From Mobula hypostoma (taxonomy: Eukaryota), in assembly GCF_963921235.1 (NCBI RefSeq), contig NC_086109.1:12958001-13022000 (forward strand): DNA of 64,000 nucleotides. Reading direction: 5' to 3'. Each line of letters opens with the position of its first letter. The stretch's first letter is position 1. Positions 1-11,858 of the stretch are shown piece by piece. The position numbers and the translations under genes are program-made. Below the pieces are notes generated by a model. That model saw only the letters and a list, made by a program, of their open reading frames with translations. It did not search any database and was not told the DNA's origin.

Positions 1-2
1 AG

Positions 3-41
3 AAGCCGGATGAATCAGCTCCTCCCAGACTGGTCTATAAG
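3..41 (+). CDS. Cytoplasmic micro-exon (KPDESAPPRLVYK) of an upstream paralogous Ig receptor gene (gene 0)
   Basis: AG at 1-2 and GTAAAC donor at 42; 39 nt, phase 0-0. Paralogous to 62283-62321 (KPDESDLHRLVYE); 3 of the 7 differences are silent third-position changes in this frame. The downstream intron 42-360 aligns with 62322-62640. Confidence 0.7.
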
Positions 42-1987
42 GTAAACTGAAGGCTTCTAGATCACACAGATTGTGCTGGAATTTCGCAGCAAGATCAAAT
101 ATTCATACTTCTTCAGAATTTGTGCAAATTTAACATTTGTGGAGAATTAACTTCTCTTATCATTCATTATCAACTTCATGAAGGTGAAGAAATAATGTTA
201 CCATACTTCAGGACATTGGCTCTTTTTAGCATTCCATTTCCAACATGTCACCTCCACAGATCTCAATCGTATGGTACCTTTTCACAATGTTTTCTTTTCA
301 TTGCACAAGCAACAATTTTTAACCCTATCCTGGCAGTGAACTGCTTAAGATTGTTTTACTCTATAGAACTATAGAACACAACAGCGCAGAAAACAGGCCA
401 TTCGGCCCATCTAGTCCGCTAGTCCCATTGACATGCACCCAGTCCATAACCCTCCAGACCTCTCCAATCCGTGTATCTATCCAATTTATTCTTAAAACTT
501 AAGAGTGAGCCCGCATTCACCACGTCAAATGGCAGCTCGTTCCACACTCCCACCACTCTCTGAGTGAAGAAGTTCCCCCTAAACCTTTCCCCTTTCACCC
601 TAAAGCCATGTCCTCTCATACTTATCTCTCCTAATCTAAGTGGAAAGAGCCTACTCGCATTTACTCTGTCTGTACCCCTCATAATTTTGTAAACCTCTAT
701 CAAATCTCCCTTCATTCTTCTATGCTCCAAGGAATAAAATCCTAACCTGTTCAATCCTTCCCTGTAACTCAACTCCTGAAGACCCGGCAACATCCTAGTA
801 AATCTTCTCTGCACTCTTTCAATCTTACTGATATCCTTCCTATAGTTAGGTGACCAGCACTGTACACAATACTCCAAATTTGGCCTCATCAATCTTATGC
901 AACCTCACCATAACATCCCAACTCCAATACTTAATACTTTGATTTATGAATGCTAGGATGTCAAAAGCCTTCTTTACAACCCTGTCTACCTGTGACGCCA
1001 TTTTCAGGGAATTATGTATCTGAACTCCCAGATCCCTTTGTTCCTCTGCACTCCTCAGTACCCTACCATTTACTGTGTATATCCTACCTTGATTTGTCCT
1101 TCCAGAATGCAACACTTCACATTTGTCTGCATTAAATTCCATTTGCCATTTTCTGGCCCATTTTTCCAGTTGGTCCAGATCCCACTGCAAGCTTTCAAAG
1201 CCTTCCTCGCTGTCTACAACGCCTCCAATCTTAGTGTCATCAGCAAACTTGCTGATCCAATTTACCACATTATTATCTAGATCATTGGTATAGACAACAA
1301 ACAACAATTGTCCTAGCACAGATCCCTGAGGCACACCACTAGTCACAGGCCTCCAGTCTGAGAACAACATGAGCTACCCTCCAGTCCTCCGGCACCACAC
1401 CCGTGGCGAAGGACATTTTAAGTATTTCTGCCAGGGCCCCTGCAATTTCTACACTAGTCTCTCTCAAGGTCCGAGGAAATATCCTGTCAGGCCCAGGGGA
1501 TTTATTTACCTTTATTCGCTGTAAGGCAGCAAGCACCTTCTCCTCTTTAATCTCTATATGTTCCATGACACTACTGCTTGTTTCCCTTCCTTCCATATAC
1601 ACTATGCCAGTTTTCTGAGTAAATACTGATGCAAAAAAACTGTTTAAGATGTCCCCCATCTCCTGAGGCTCCACACATAGACGACCACTCTGATCTTCGA
1701 GGGGATCAATTTTGTCCCTTACTATTCTTTTACTCTTAACATACTTGTAGAAACCCTTCGGGTTTACCTTCACATTATCTGCCAAAGCAACCTCACGTCT
1801 TCTTTTTGCCTTCCTGATTTTCTTTAGTATTTTCTTACATTTTCTATGCTCTTCAAGTTTCTCATTTGTTCCTTGTTGCCTATAACTGCTATACACCTCT
1901 CTCTTTTTCTTAACTAGATCACCAATATCCCTTGAAAACCAAGGTTCCCTATGCCTGTTAACTTTGCCTTTAATCCAGGCAGGAACT

Positions 1988-4750
1988 TGGCACTCTTAGC
2001 TTCCCAATTAAGGTCTGCTAGAGCTAAAAGACAAATTTTAAAGATTTGTAAAGATAATGGAGATATCGTAAGTAATTATGAAGATATTAATAATATTTTT
2101 TGGGATTTTTATTCCAATCTTTATAAATCTCAGTTTCCTGCAGATCCCTCCAAAATGAAGGCATTTTTATATAAGATTCAAGTTCCTCAAATTACTGTTG
2201 AAGATCAACAGACCCTTGATGTTCCAATTGTTGAGCGTGAAATTCAGAAAGCTATATGGTCAATGCAATCAGGTAAAGCTCCTGGACTCAACAGTTATTC
2301 AGTAGGATTTTACAAAAAATTTGAAAAATTACTTTCTCCATACTTTTTGGAAATACTTCATGAATCTTTTGAGAAAGGTAATTTACTTTCTTCTTTTTAT
2401 GAAGCTTCTATTTCTTTAATCCTTAAGAAAGATAAAGATCCTACTGAATGCTCATCTTATAGACCTATTTCGTTATTATTTGTGGATGCTAAAATTCTTT
2501 CTAACATAATGGCTAATCGCTTGGAAAACATTTTATCTAAAATTATTTCTATGGATCAAACAGGCTTTATTAGAGGCCGTTATTCTTTTTCTAATGTTCA
2601 GAGATTGATGAACATTATATATTCACCATTATCCAAAACACCCCAATGTGTTATTTCTCTGGATGCAGAAAAGGCATTTGATAGAGTTGAGTGGGCTTAT
2701 TTGTTTAATGTATTGGAGAAATTTGGCTTTGGTAATAACTTTAATAAGTGGATTCAAATGATATATAAGAACCCTATTGCTACAGTTATTACTAATAATC
2801 TCAGGTCTCCTTTTTTTTCACTCTCACGAGGTACTCGACAAAGGTGTCCATTAAGTCCTTTATTATTTAATCTCGTACTGGAGCCTTTGGCTATAATAAT
2901 TCGTGAAGCTAAAAACATTCATGGTATCTCTATAAATGGGACCACACATAAGATCTCTCTTTATGCAGATGATCTTTTGGTTTATATTTCGAATCCTGAA
3001 GAATCTATTCCTAATCTTTTGGAATTATTAAATGATTTTGGAAAATTTTCAGGATATAAACTTAATTTAAATAAAAGAGAATTGTTCCCTTTAAATGTTC
3101 CTGTTTTTATATATAATTATATCCCATTTAGAATTGTGAATTCTTTTAAATATTTGGGTATTATCATTATAAAAAGAAAAGATCTTTTTAAAGTTAATGT
3201 AGTTCCTTTATTGGACACTATTAAACAATTGTTTTCTAGGTGGAATCCTCTTACACTTTCTTTAATAGGTCGTATTCATGCCATGAAAATGATGATTTTA
3301 CCTAGATTTTTATATATTTTTCAAAATATACCTATTTTTCTAACTAAAAAATTTTTTGATCAAATTGATTCTACTATTTCGTCCTTTATTTAGAATAATA
3401 AAAAACCAAGAATTAATAAGTTTCATTTACAAAAATCCAAAAAAGATGGTGGACTTACGCTACCTAATTTAAGATTGTATTATTGGGCTGTTAATATTCG
3501 ACAACTATGTTTTTGGTTATATTGGCTCGATAAGAGCCAAAAACCAGCTTGGACTGATTTGGAATTAAAAGCTATTAAACAATTTCATTAAACTTCATTA
3601 TTAGGAGCTCCATTACCTTCACAACTTGCTAAAACTCCCAATTTAAATCTCTACCCTGTTATTAAACAGTCCTTACGGATTTGGTTTCAGTTTCGCAACT
3701 CTTTTAGTTTTAAACAATTTAAATTCTCTAGCCCTGTATTTCGAAATTTGCTATTGTATCATTTCTTAATGCATGCATTACTAAATGACAATGAAAGAGG
3801 ACTGCGTGTCCTCATAATCATAATCATAATAACCTCTCACTAAAGATTAAATAAGATTGAGAGGGAGAACTTAATATAACTTTTGTTAATAAAGATTGGT
3901 TGCAAGTTCTGAAAATGGTTAATTCTTATTCGATATGTGCCAATCATTGTTTACTTCAATTTAAAATTGTTCAACGTTATTATTTAACAAAGGAGAGACT
4001 ATCTAAAATATTTCCTAATATAGACAACTATTGTGATAGGTGTAAAAGTGAAGCAGCTATTTTGTCACATATGTTCTGGTCATGTTCCTCATTGAAATCT
4101 TTCTGGAAATCTTTATTCTCTACAATTTCTAAAGCTTTGAAAATTAATTTACAACCTAATACATTGACTGTTCTATTTGGAATAGTCCCACATCATTTTG
4201 GGGGTATTTCATTTTCAAACCAACATGTAATTGCATTTGTTACATTGTTGGCAAGAAGAGCTATTTTCTTGAAGTGGAAAGATACTTCTGCTCCTACACT
4301 AATTCAATGGTTTTCCCAAGTAATGTTATGCCTTAGTGCGGAAAAAATTAGAAATAGAACTTTTGATCCCCGATTCAATTTTGAGAGAAAGTGGGGCTCT
4401 TTTGCCAAATATAATCATTTAATTTGAATTAATTTATATGGTTTCCTTCCATTTTATGTTATATAAGTGTGATTTGGCAGTTGTTGTTTTTTCTTCTTTT
4501 ATATATATAGATGATTGTAAGACGTATTGCTCCGGGAGTTGGTTCCTAATGGTTTTTTTTCTTTTGTAGTTGGGGGGGTTTTTTTAGTCAGTTGGGGTTC
4601 TCTTTTTTCCTTCTTTTTCTTATATTTTTTTTCATTAGCATATATGTTTTTTTTCATCAGCTTTATTAATTATATATATACTAATTTGTTGAACTTTTAA
4701 TTTTTATAGCTGTAGAAGATTATATATCAATAAAAAGATTTTAAAAATGA
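1988..4750 (+). mobile_element. 5'-truncated L1/Tx1-clade LINE inserted in the CR1
   Basis: RT core open from 1988 to 3390 (YRPISLL, DAEKAFDRV, SLYADD). TAG at 3391 sits where Trp is expected (FI*NNKKPRI). C-terminal Cys/His domain at 3900-4427, T-rich 3'UTR, AATAAA at 4729. AGGAACT is duplicated at 1981-1987 and 4751-4757 (TSD). Confidence 0.92.
3745..3830 (+). repeat. Short retroelement 3' tail ending in (CATAAT)3, inserted in the L1 at the site of an internal deletion
   Basis: Non-L1 sequence interrupts ORF2 homology; CATAAT occurs three times at 3813-3830. Confidence 0.55.
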
Positions 4751-6589
4751 AGGAACTCTGCACTCTCAAAATTTCGCCTTTGAAGGCCTTCCAAGAACAC
4801 AGCCTTGCCAGAAAACAACTTATCCACTCTTCCTAGATCCTTTCTCATTTCCACAAAATTGGCTTTTCTCCAATTTAGAACCTCAACTCGAGGACCACAC
4901 CATTCCTTATCCATAATTAACTTGAAACTAATGACATTATGGTCACTGGACCCAAAATGTTTGCCTACACATACTTCTGTCACCTGACCTGTCTGGTTCC
5001 CTAATCTGGAGATCAAGAATTGCATCCTCTCTCGTTAGCACCTCTATATATATTGATTTAGAAAACTTGCCTGAACACATTTGACAAACTCCAAGCCATC
5101 CAGCCCTTTCACATTGTGGGAGTCCTAGTCAATATGTGGAAAGTTAAAATCCCCTACTATTACAACTTCCTGCTTCTTACATCAGTCTGCTATCTCTCTA
5201 CAGATTTGCTCCTCCAATTCTCTCTGACTATTGGGTGGTCTATAATACAACCCTATTAGTGTGGTCACATCTCTCCTGTTCCTCAGCTCCACCCATATGG
5301 CCTCTGTAGATGAGCCCCCCGGGCTGTCCTGTCTATGCACAGCTGTGATATTTTCCCTGACTAGTAATGCCAATCCTTCCCCTTTCACACCTCCCCCCTC
5401 TATCATGTCTGAAACAACGGAAGCCCGGAACATTAAGCTGCCAGTCCTGCCCTTCCTGCAACCAAGTCTCACTAATAGCAATAATGTCATAATCGCACGT
5501 GCCAATCCACGCCCTAAGCTCATCTGCCTTACCTACAATACTCCTTGCATTGAAATAGATGCACCTGAGAACATTTCTATCATGTACAAACCTTTGATTT
5601 CTGGCTGTACATGCAGACCTCGCATGACCTTTATCCTCCTCCACCTCACTATCTGCTCTAACATTCTGGTTCCCCTCCCCCTGCAAATCTAGTTTAAACA
5701 TGCCCGGAGTAGCACTAGCAAACCTACCCGTAAGGATGTTAGTCCCCCTCCAGTTCAGGTGCAAACTGTCCCGTTGGAACAAGTCCCACCTTCCCTGGAA
5801 CAAAGCCCAATTGTCCAGAAACTTGAAGCCCTCCCTCCTGCACCATCTCCTCAGCCACGTATTTAGCTGCATTATCTTCCTATTTCTAGCCTCACTAGCA
5901 TGTGGCATGGGTAGCAATCCTGAGATTGCAACCCTGGAGGTCCTGTCCTTCAACTTTGCACCTTACTCTCTAAACTCTCTTTGCAGGACCTAATCCTCCT
6001 TCCTATCCACGTCGTTGGTCCCTACATGGACCACGACATCTGGCTGCTCACCCTCCCTCCTGAGAATGCTGAGAACTCGATCTGAGATATCGTGGACCCT
6101 GGTACCAGGGAGGCAACAGACCATCCGGGATTCTTGATCTCTGCCACAGAACCTCTTAACTGCCCCCCCTAACTATCGAATCCCCTATCACTACTGCTCT
6201 CCTCTTTTCCCTTTCTGAGCTGAGGTTCCAGTCTCGGTGTCGGAGATGTGACCATTACAACTTGTCCCTGGTAGATTGCCCCACCAACAGTAACCAAAAT
6301 GGTATACATTGCTGATAGGAATGGCCAGAGGGGCGCTCTGCTCTTTCTGCCTACTTCCTTTCCCTCTCCTGACAGTCATCCAGCTACCTGGCTCTTGACT
6401 TTTAGGGGAGACTGTCTCCCTGAAACTACTGTCTACTTCTGCCTCTGCCTCACGAATGATCCAAAGTTCATCCAGCTCCAGCTCCAGTTCCCTAACTCGA
6501 TTTGTCAGAAGCTGCAGCTGGATGCACTTTTTACAGGTGTAGTCATCAGGCACAATTCTGCTGTCCCTGACATCCCACATACTGCCAAG

Positions 6590-9040
6590 AGTCTTACTGT
6601 TAACATTATATTCTGTCTTCAAATTTGACCTCCTGAAATGAATCACCTCACATTTTTTATCTGCGTTGAAGTCTATCTGCTACTTCTCAGTCCAGTTCTG
6701 CATCCTATCGTAATCACACTGTAACCTCTGACAACCCTCCAGACTATCCACAACACCCCAAACTTTTGTGTCCTCAGCAAACTAACTAACCCACCCTTCC
6801 ACTTCTTCATCCAGGTCATTTATAAAAATCACAAAGAGGAGGGGTTCCAGAACAAATCACTGTGGAACACCACTGGTGACCCTCCTTCATGCAGAATACA
6901 AACCATATACAACCACTCTTTTCCTTCTGTGGGCAAGCCAATTCTGGATTCACAAAGCAAGGTCTCCTTGGATCCCATGCCTCAATATTTTCTGAATGTG
7001 CTTTGCAGGGGGAACCTTATCAAATTCTTACTAAAATTTATATACACTATCATCAATAGGGGCTCAGCAATCCCCTTCCTCGCTTCCCACAGTAGCCTGG
7101 GGTATATCACGATCTGTTCTGGTGACTCATCTAACTTAGTACCTTTCAGAAGCTCTAGCAGATACTCTTTCTTAATGTTTATACACTCAAGTGTTTCAAT
7201 CTGCTGTATGTCACGCCCACAATTGCTAAGGTCCTTTTCATTGGTGAATAGTGAAGCAAAGCATTCATTTAGTACATCGGCTACCTCCATCGACTCCATA
7301 CACATGTTTCCACTATCACTCCAGATTGGTCCTATTCTCACATGGCTCATCATCTTGTTCTTCACGTATTCATAGAACACCTTTGGGTTTTCCTTCATCC
7401 TGTTTACAAGGGCCTTCTCATGGCCCCTTCTTGCTCTCCTAATTTCATTCTTGATCTCCTTTCTGGCACCCTCATAATTTTCATCGGCTCTAACCTAGTT
7501 TCTTGAACCTTTTGTAAGTTTTTTTTTACTTTTTAACTAGATTTTCTACATCCTTTGTACACCGTGACTTTTTTACCCTACCATTCTTTCCCTGCCTCAA
7601 TGGAACACACCCATGCAGAACGCCATGCAAATTTTCCCTGAACATTTGCCACATTTTTGCCATGCATTTCCCTGAGAACATCAGCTCCCAATTTATGTTC
7701 CCAAGTTCCTGCCTAATAGCATCATATTTCCCCCTACCTCAATTAAACGTTTTTCCAAATAGTCTGCCCCTGTCCCTTTCTAGCACTAAGGTAAAGCAGA
7801 AAGAGTTGTGATCACTATCTCCAAAATGCTCTCCCACTGAGAGATCTGACACCTGACAGTTCATTTCCCAATACCAGATCAAGTACAGCCTCTTCTCTAG
7901 TTGACTTATCTACGTATTACGTCAGGAAATCTTCCTGAATACACCTAACAAATTCCTTCCACCCCATCTAAACCCCTCGCTCAAAGGAAATGCTAGTCAA
8001 TATTAGTAAAGTTAAAACCACCCATCACAACAACCCTTATATTTTTGCACTATTCCAGAATCTGCCTCCTTATCTGCTCCTTGATGTCTCTGTTACTATT
8101 GGGTGACGGTCTATAAAAAACACCAGTCGAATTTTTGCCCCCTTCCTGTTTCTGACTTCCACCCACAATGACGCAGTAGACAATTCCTCCATGACTTCCT
8201 CCTTTTCTGCAGCCGTAATACTATCCCTGATTAGCAATGCTTCTCCCCCATCTCTTTTGCCTCCCTCCCAGTCCTTTTTAAAACCTCTAAAGCCCGGCAC
8301 ACTCAGCAGCCATTCCTGCACCTGAGACATCCAAGTCTCTGTAGTCACCTCAACATGATAATTCCACATATTGCTCCCCGCTCTAAGTTCATCTGCCTTG
8401 CTTATAATTCTCCTTGCATTAAAATAGACACATCTCAAACCATCTGGCTGAATGCATCTTTGCTCTATCATCTGTTTCTCCTCCCTCACAAACACCCTAC
8501 AGGCTGTCTCAACTTTTGCGCCACTACCACATCCTCTGCCTCTTCACTTCGGTTCCCACCCCACTGCAAATCTAGTTTAAACCCTCCCCAATAGTATGAG
8601 CAAACCTCTCTCCCAGGATATTGGTTCCCCTCCAGTTCAGGTGCAACCCATCCCACTTGTACAGGTCACCCCTTCTCCAGAAAAGGTTCCAATGATTCAA
8701 GAACTTGAAACTCTGCCCCCTGCTCCATCTCCTCAGCCACTCATTGATCTGTGTTATCTTCCTGTTCTGACCTTCACTAGCTCGTGGCACCGGGAGTAAT
8801 CTGGAGATGACCACCTTGGAGGTCCTACCCTTCAGCCTCCTTCCTGACTCCCTAAATATACGACGCAGAACCTCTACCCCTCTCCTGCCTATGTCATTGG
8901 TACCAGCATGTACTATGACCTCCAGCTGCTCACCCTCCCCTTCAAGAATATTCTTCAACCACTCTGAGACATCCTGAACCCTAGCACACAGGAGGCAACA
9001 CACTATCCTGCTGTCTCTTTTGCTGCCGCAGAATCCCCTG
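6590..9040 (-). mobile_element. Second decayed CR1 LINE (esterase, endonuclease and RT fragments)
   Basis: ORF fragments 8572-9003 (HAGTND, DGLHLN), 8070-8495 (CVYFNARR) and 6982-7398 (ENPKVFYEY), plus an RT piece at 6590-6930. Confidence 0.85.
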
Positions 9041-11470
9041 TCTGTCCTATTTTGTAGAAATGGAGTGAAAAAGAGACACTAGCATGAACATTTCCAGTCA
9101 CTGTACAAAGGTCTCAAAGGAGAATGAGCAATGGAAATAAAAGTTGGGTGCTGAATAAAATGAGTGAGATGCAAATTATCACAGCTTGCTTCGGTCATTC
9201 GGGTGTGTAACTTATCTCAGTACTGATCTGTGACTGTAACCCATGATTGTATAATAAAGGTTCTTGAAAATAAGAGGTGAATTGCAATATTGTCGTTATA
9301 ATCATGAAGTTAGAAAATGCAAAGGACTATTCACTCCTTTTCAAGTTCAATCGGAAGTTCAAGTTTAATTGTCATTCAACCATGCACATGCGACAGCTAA
9401 ACAAAACAATGTTCCTCCGGAGCCAAGGTGAAAAACACAGAAGACAGTTACACACAGCACACACCACACAACACATATAGTTTAAAAAGCACATAGATAC
9501 ACAAAAATAAATAATGATGATAATAATAATATCAGTCCAAATCTCTGAGTGACATATCCGTCCTGAAGACTGATGGTGCAGGGGATATTGTCCCAGAGTG
9601 ACGTTTCTCCAACAAGTCCACAGCAGCTCTTTTTGAACTTTGATAAGGTGCACGACTACTGTCCTATTGTAACGCATGTTGAAGAAATGGAGTGAGAAAG
9701 AGACTCAAGCATGAAAATAAAGTTGGTGCTGATTAAAATGAGTGAGCTGCAAATTATTGCAGCTTGCATTGGTCATCAGGGTGTAAACCTGCAAACAGAC
9801 AGTGCAACTTTTCTCAGTACTAACATGTGCCTGTAACCCATAAATGTACATACATAGAATAAAATGTCTTGGAAACAAAACAGAAGGTGAACTTCATTAT
9901 TGTAACTACAATCAGGGTAGTATATGGTGACATATATGTACTCTGATAATAAATTTAATTTGAATTTTAAACTTTGAAATGCCTCAATGACAAGGAGGAA
10001 TATGGCACAATAGTCTTCACCTGCTGTGTGAGGATGTGAATCAAAAACGCTAGAGTCTGTTAGGAGCTCTTGACCTCTACAGGTCAGGGTTATCTGATGG
10101 GATTTGATTAGCCCGAGATAATTCCATTTACAGTGGTCCCACTTGTGAATCTGGTCCTTTTAAACCCAAATTTATTAATAGTCTGAGGGAATGAACTTGC
10201 TCGTTTTTTTTCTGCTGCAAAACAGGGAATTTTACATCAGAAGACAGTGAAAACAAACCTGATTTTGATTCTGAAAGGGGTTGTTTCCCTTTCTGAGGAC
10301 ATCCCAAAGCAATTCTCAGTGGATATGCTGAGAACATCCATGCTCTTTACTTGACTTACAAAACAGAATTTAAGGAAGTACCAATGGATGCCTCATGTAA
10401 ACAAATTGTTCCGTCATCCGCCTGCAGTGTTCCATCACTTAAGACCATAAGACCAGAAGACGATATTGCAGGAACATAATTAGGCCATTCAGCCCATCAA
10501 TCTGTGCCACCATTCTATAATGGCTGATTTATTATCCACCTCAGCCCCATTCTTCACATAACCTTCGACACCCTTACTAATCAAGAACCACCAACATCCA
10601 CTTTAAATATTCACAATGATGTAGTCTCCACAGCCTTCTTTTTCAATGAATTCCACAGATTCACCACTCTGACTGAAGAAATTCCTTCTCATCTCTGTTC
10701 AAAAGGGATGTCATTGTATTGTAGCTGTGCCCTCCGGTCCGAGACTCCCCATGATAAGAAACATTGTCTCTGCATACACTCCATCCAGGCCTTTCACTAT
10801 TCAAGAGGTTTCAATGAAATTTACCCCTCATTCTTCTAAACTCCAGCAAGTACAGGCCCAGAGTCATCCAATGCTCCTCATGTGTTAACCTTTCTCATTC
10901 CTGGGATCATTCCCATGAATCTCCTCTGGACCCTCTCCAAATACAGCACATCCTTTCATAGCTAGGGTTTCCTAAACTGTTCAACATATTCCAAGTGTAG
11001 TCTGACCAATACCTTATAAAGCCTCAGTTCTTTGATAACTTTCCAAAAACCGACTGGAAAACATTTTATGATCCCATAGTTGCATTTACAGCTGTGCACA
11101 GGATTGGGATTAATTTTAAACACAAAGGTCAAAAGGCCTTTTCTTCATGGAATTGTTATTGTTGTTCAATGATCTTGCTGAAACAAAAATGCTGGTCTGA
11201 AGATATTTTGCATCTCTGCCCTTGTTCTCATCAGCATATTGCACCATGGTTGTTGAGAAGTTTTCCAAGAAGTGATGGGGCAATGCAGGAAGAGGGTGGA
11301 ACAAATTGTTTATATATTGCATCTACTGGTACTTCTCTATATCTTCTTTGGTAAGATAAATAAAGAAGACAGAAGTTCGAACCACATCTTTTGCTGAGGG
11401 TGAAAATTACACAGATGACAGCAGTGACTGATACAACAGAGTCAGCTCTCATACTATATCCCAATGTACA
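9040..11470 (+). repeat. Segmental duplication block 2, copy 1 (paralog 34855-36650)
   Basis: Colinear similarity starting GTCCTATTTTGTAGAAATGGA in both copies. It includes a shared CR1 3' fragment at the same position (10441-11030 and about 35633-36200). Copy 1 has an extra repeat at about 9280-9690. Confidence 0.85.
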
Positions 11471-11858
11471 GAATTTAAGCAGATATACATTCGTGGCTAA
11501 TATACTGCACTGCTTTCCCCGAAAACAAATGTAACAAACCCAAAGTGATCCCCGGGATCAATAAAGTATGCCTATGACTATGACTATAAACAACCTAGAG
11601 ATTCATCTTCTAGCAGACATCCACAAAACAAAATAACACAATAGAATCCATGACAAACAGCATACAACATAGGCTGACAAATGTCCAATGTGCAAAAGAG
11701 GATCAATCGTGCAAATAATAAAAATATGTAAATAAATAATACATGGAACATGAGTCTCAGAGTCCCCGAAAGTGAGTCCACAGCTGCAGAGTCAGTTCAG
11801 TGCAGAGGAGAGTGACACTGGTCCTGGCATAGGACCCAAGATCCTGCTCCTCCCTCTC

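Larger units (their letters stand above)
358..6620 (-). mobile_element. CR1 LINE, near full length but decayed (ORF1 zinc finger/esterase, APE endonuclease, RT), split by an L1 insertion
   Basis: Minus-strand ORF pieces: 6191-6646 (YTCKKC zinc finger plus coiled coil), 5333-5953 (esterase then YFNARS endonuclease), 4741-5523, 1339-1896, 846-1370 ([12 protein letters not shown]) and 419-892. A CR1-type 3' tail with TTCTATAG repeats lies at about 358-420. Confidence 0.92.

Noticed and set aside
1951-1987. ATG start of the 480-aa ORF
   Set aside because: It lies in flanking antisense CR1 sequence before the TSD; the L1 is 5'-truncated, so the ORF start is accidental.
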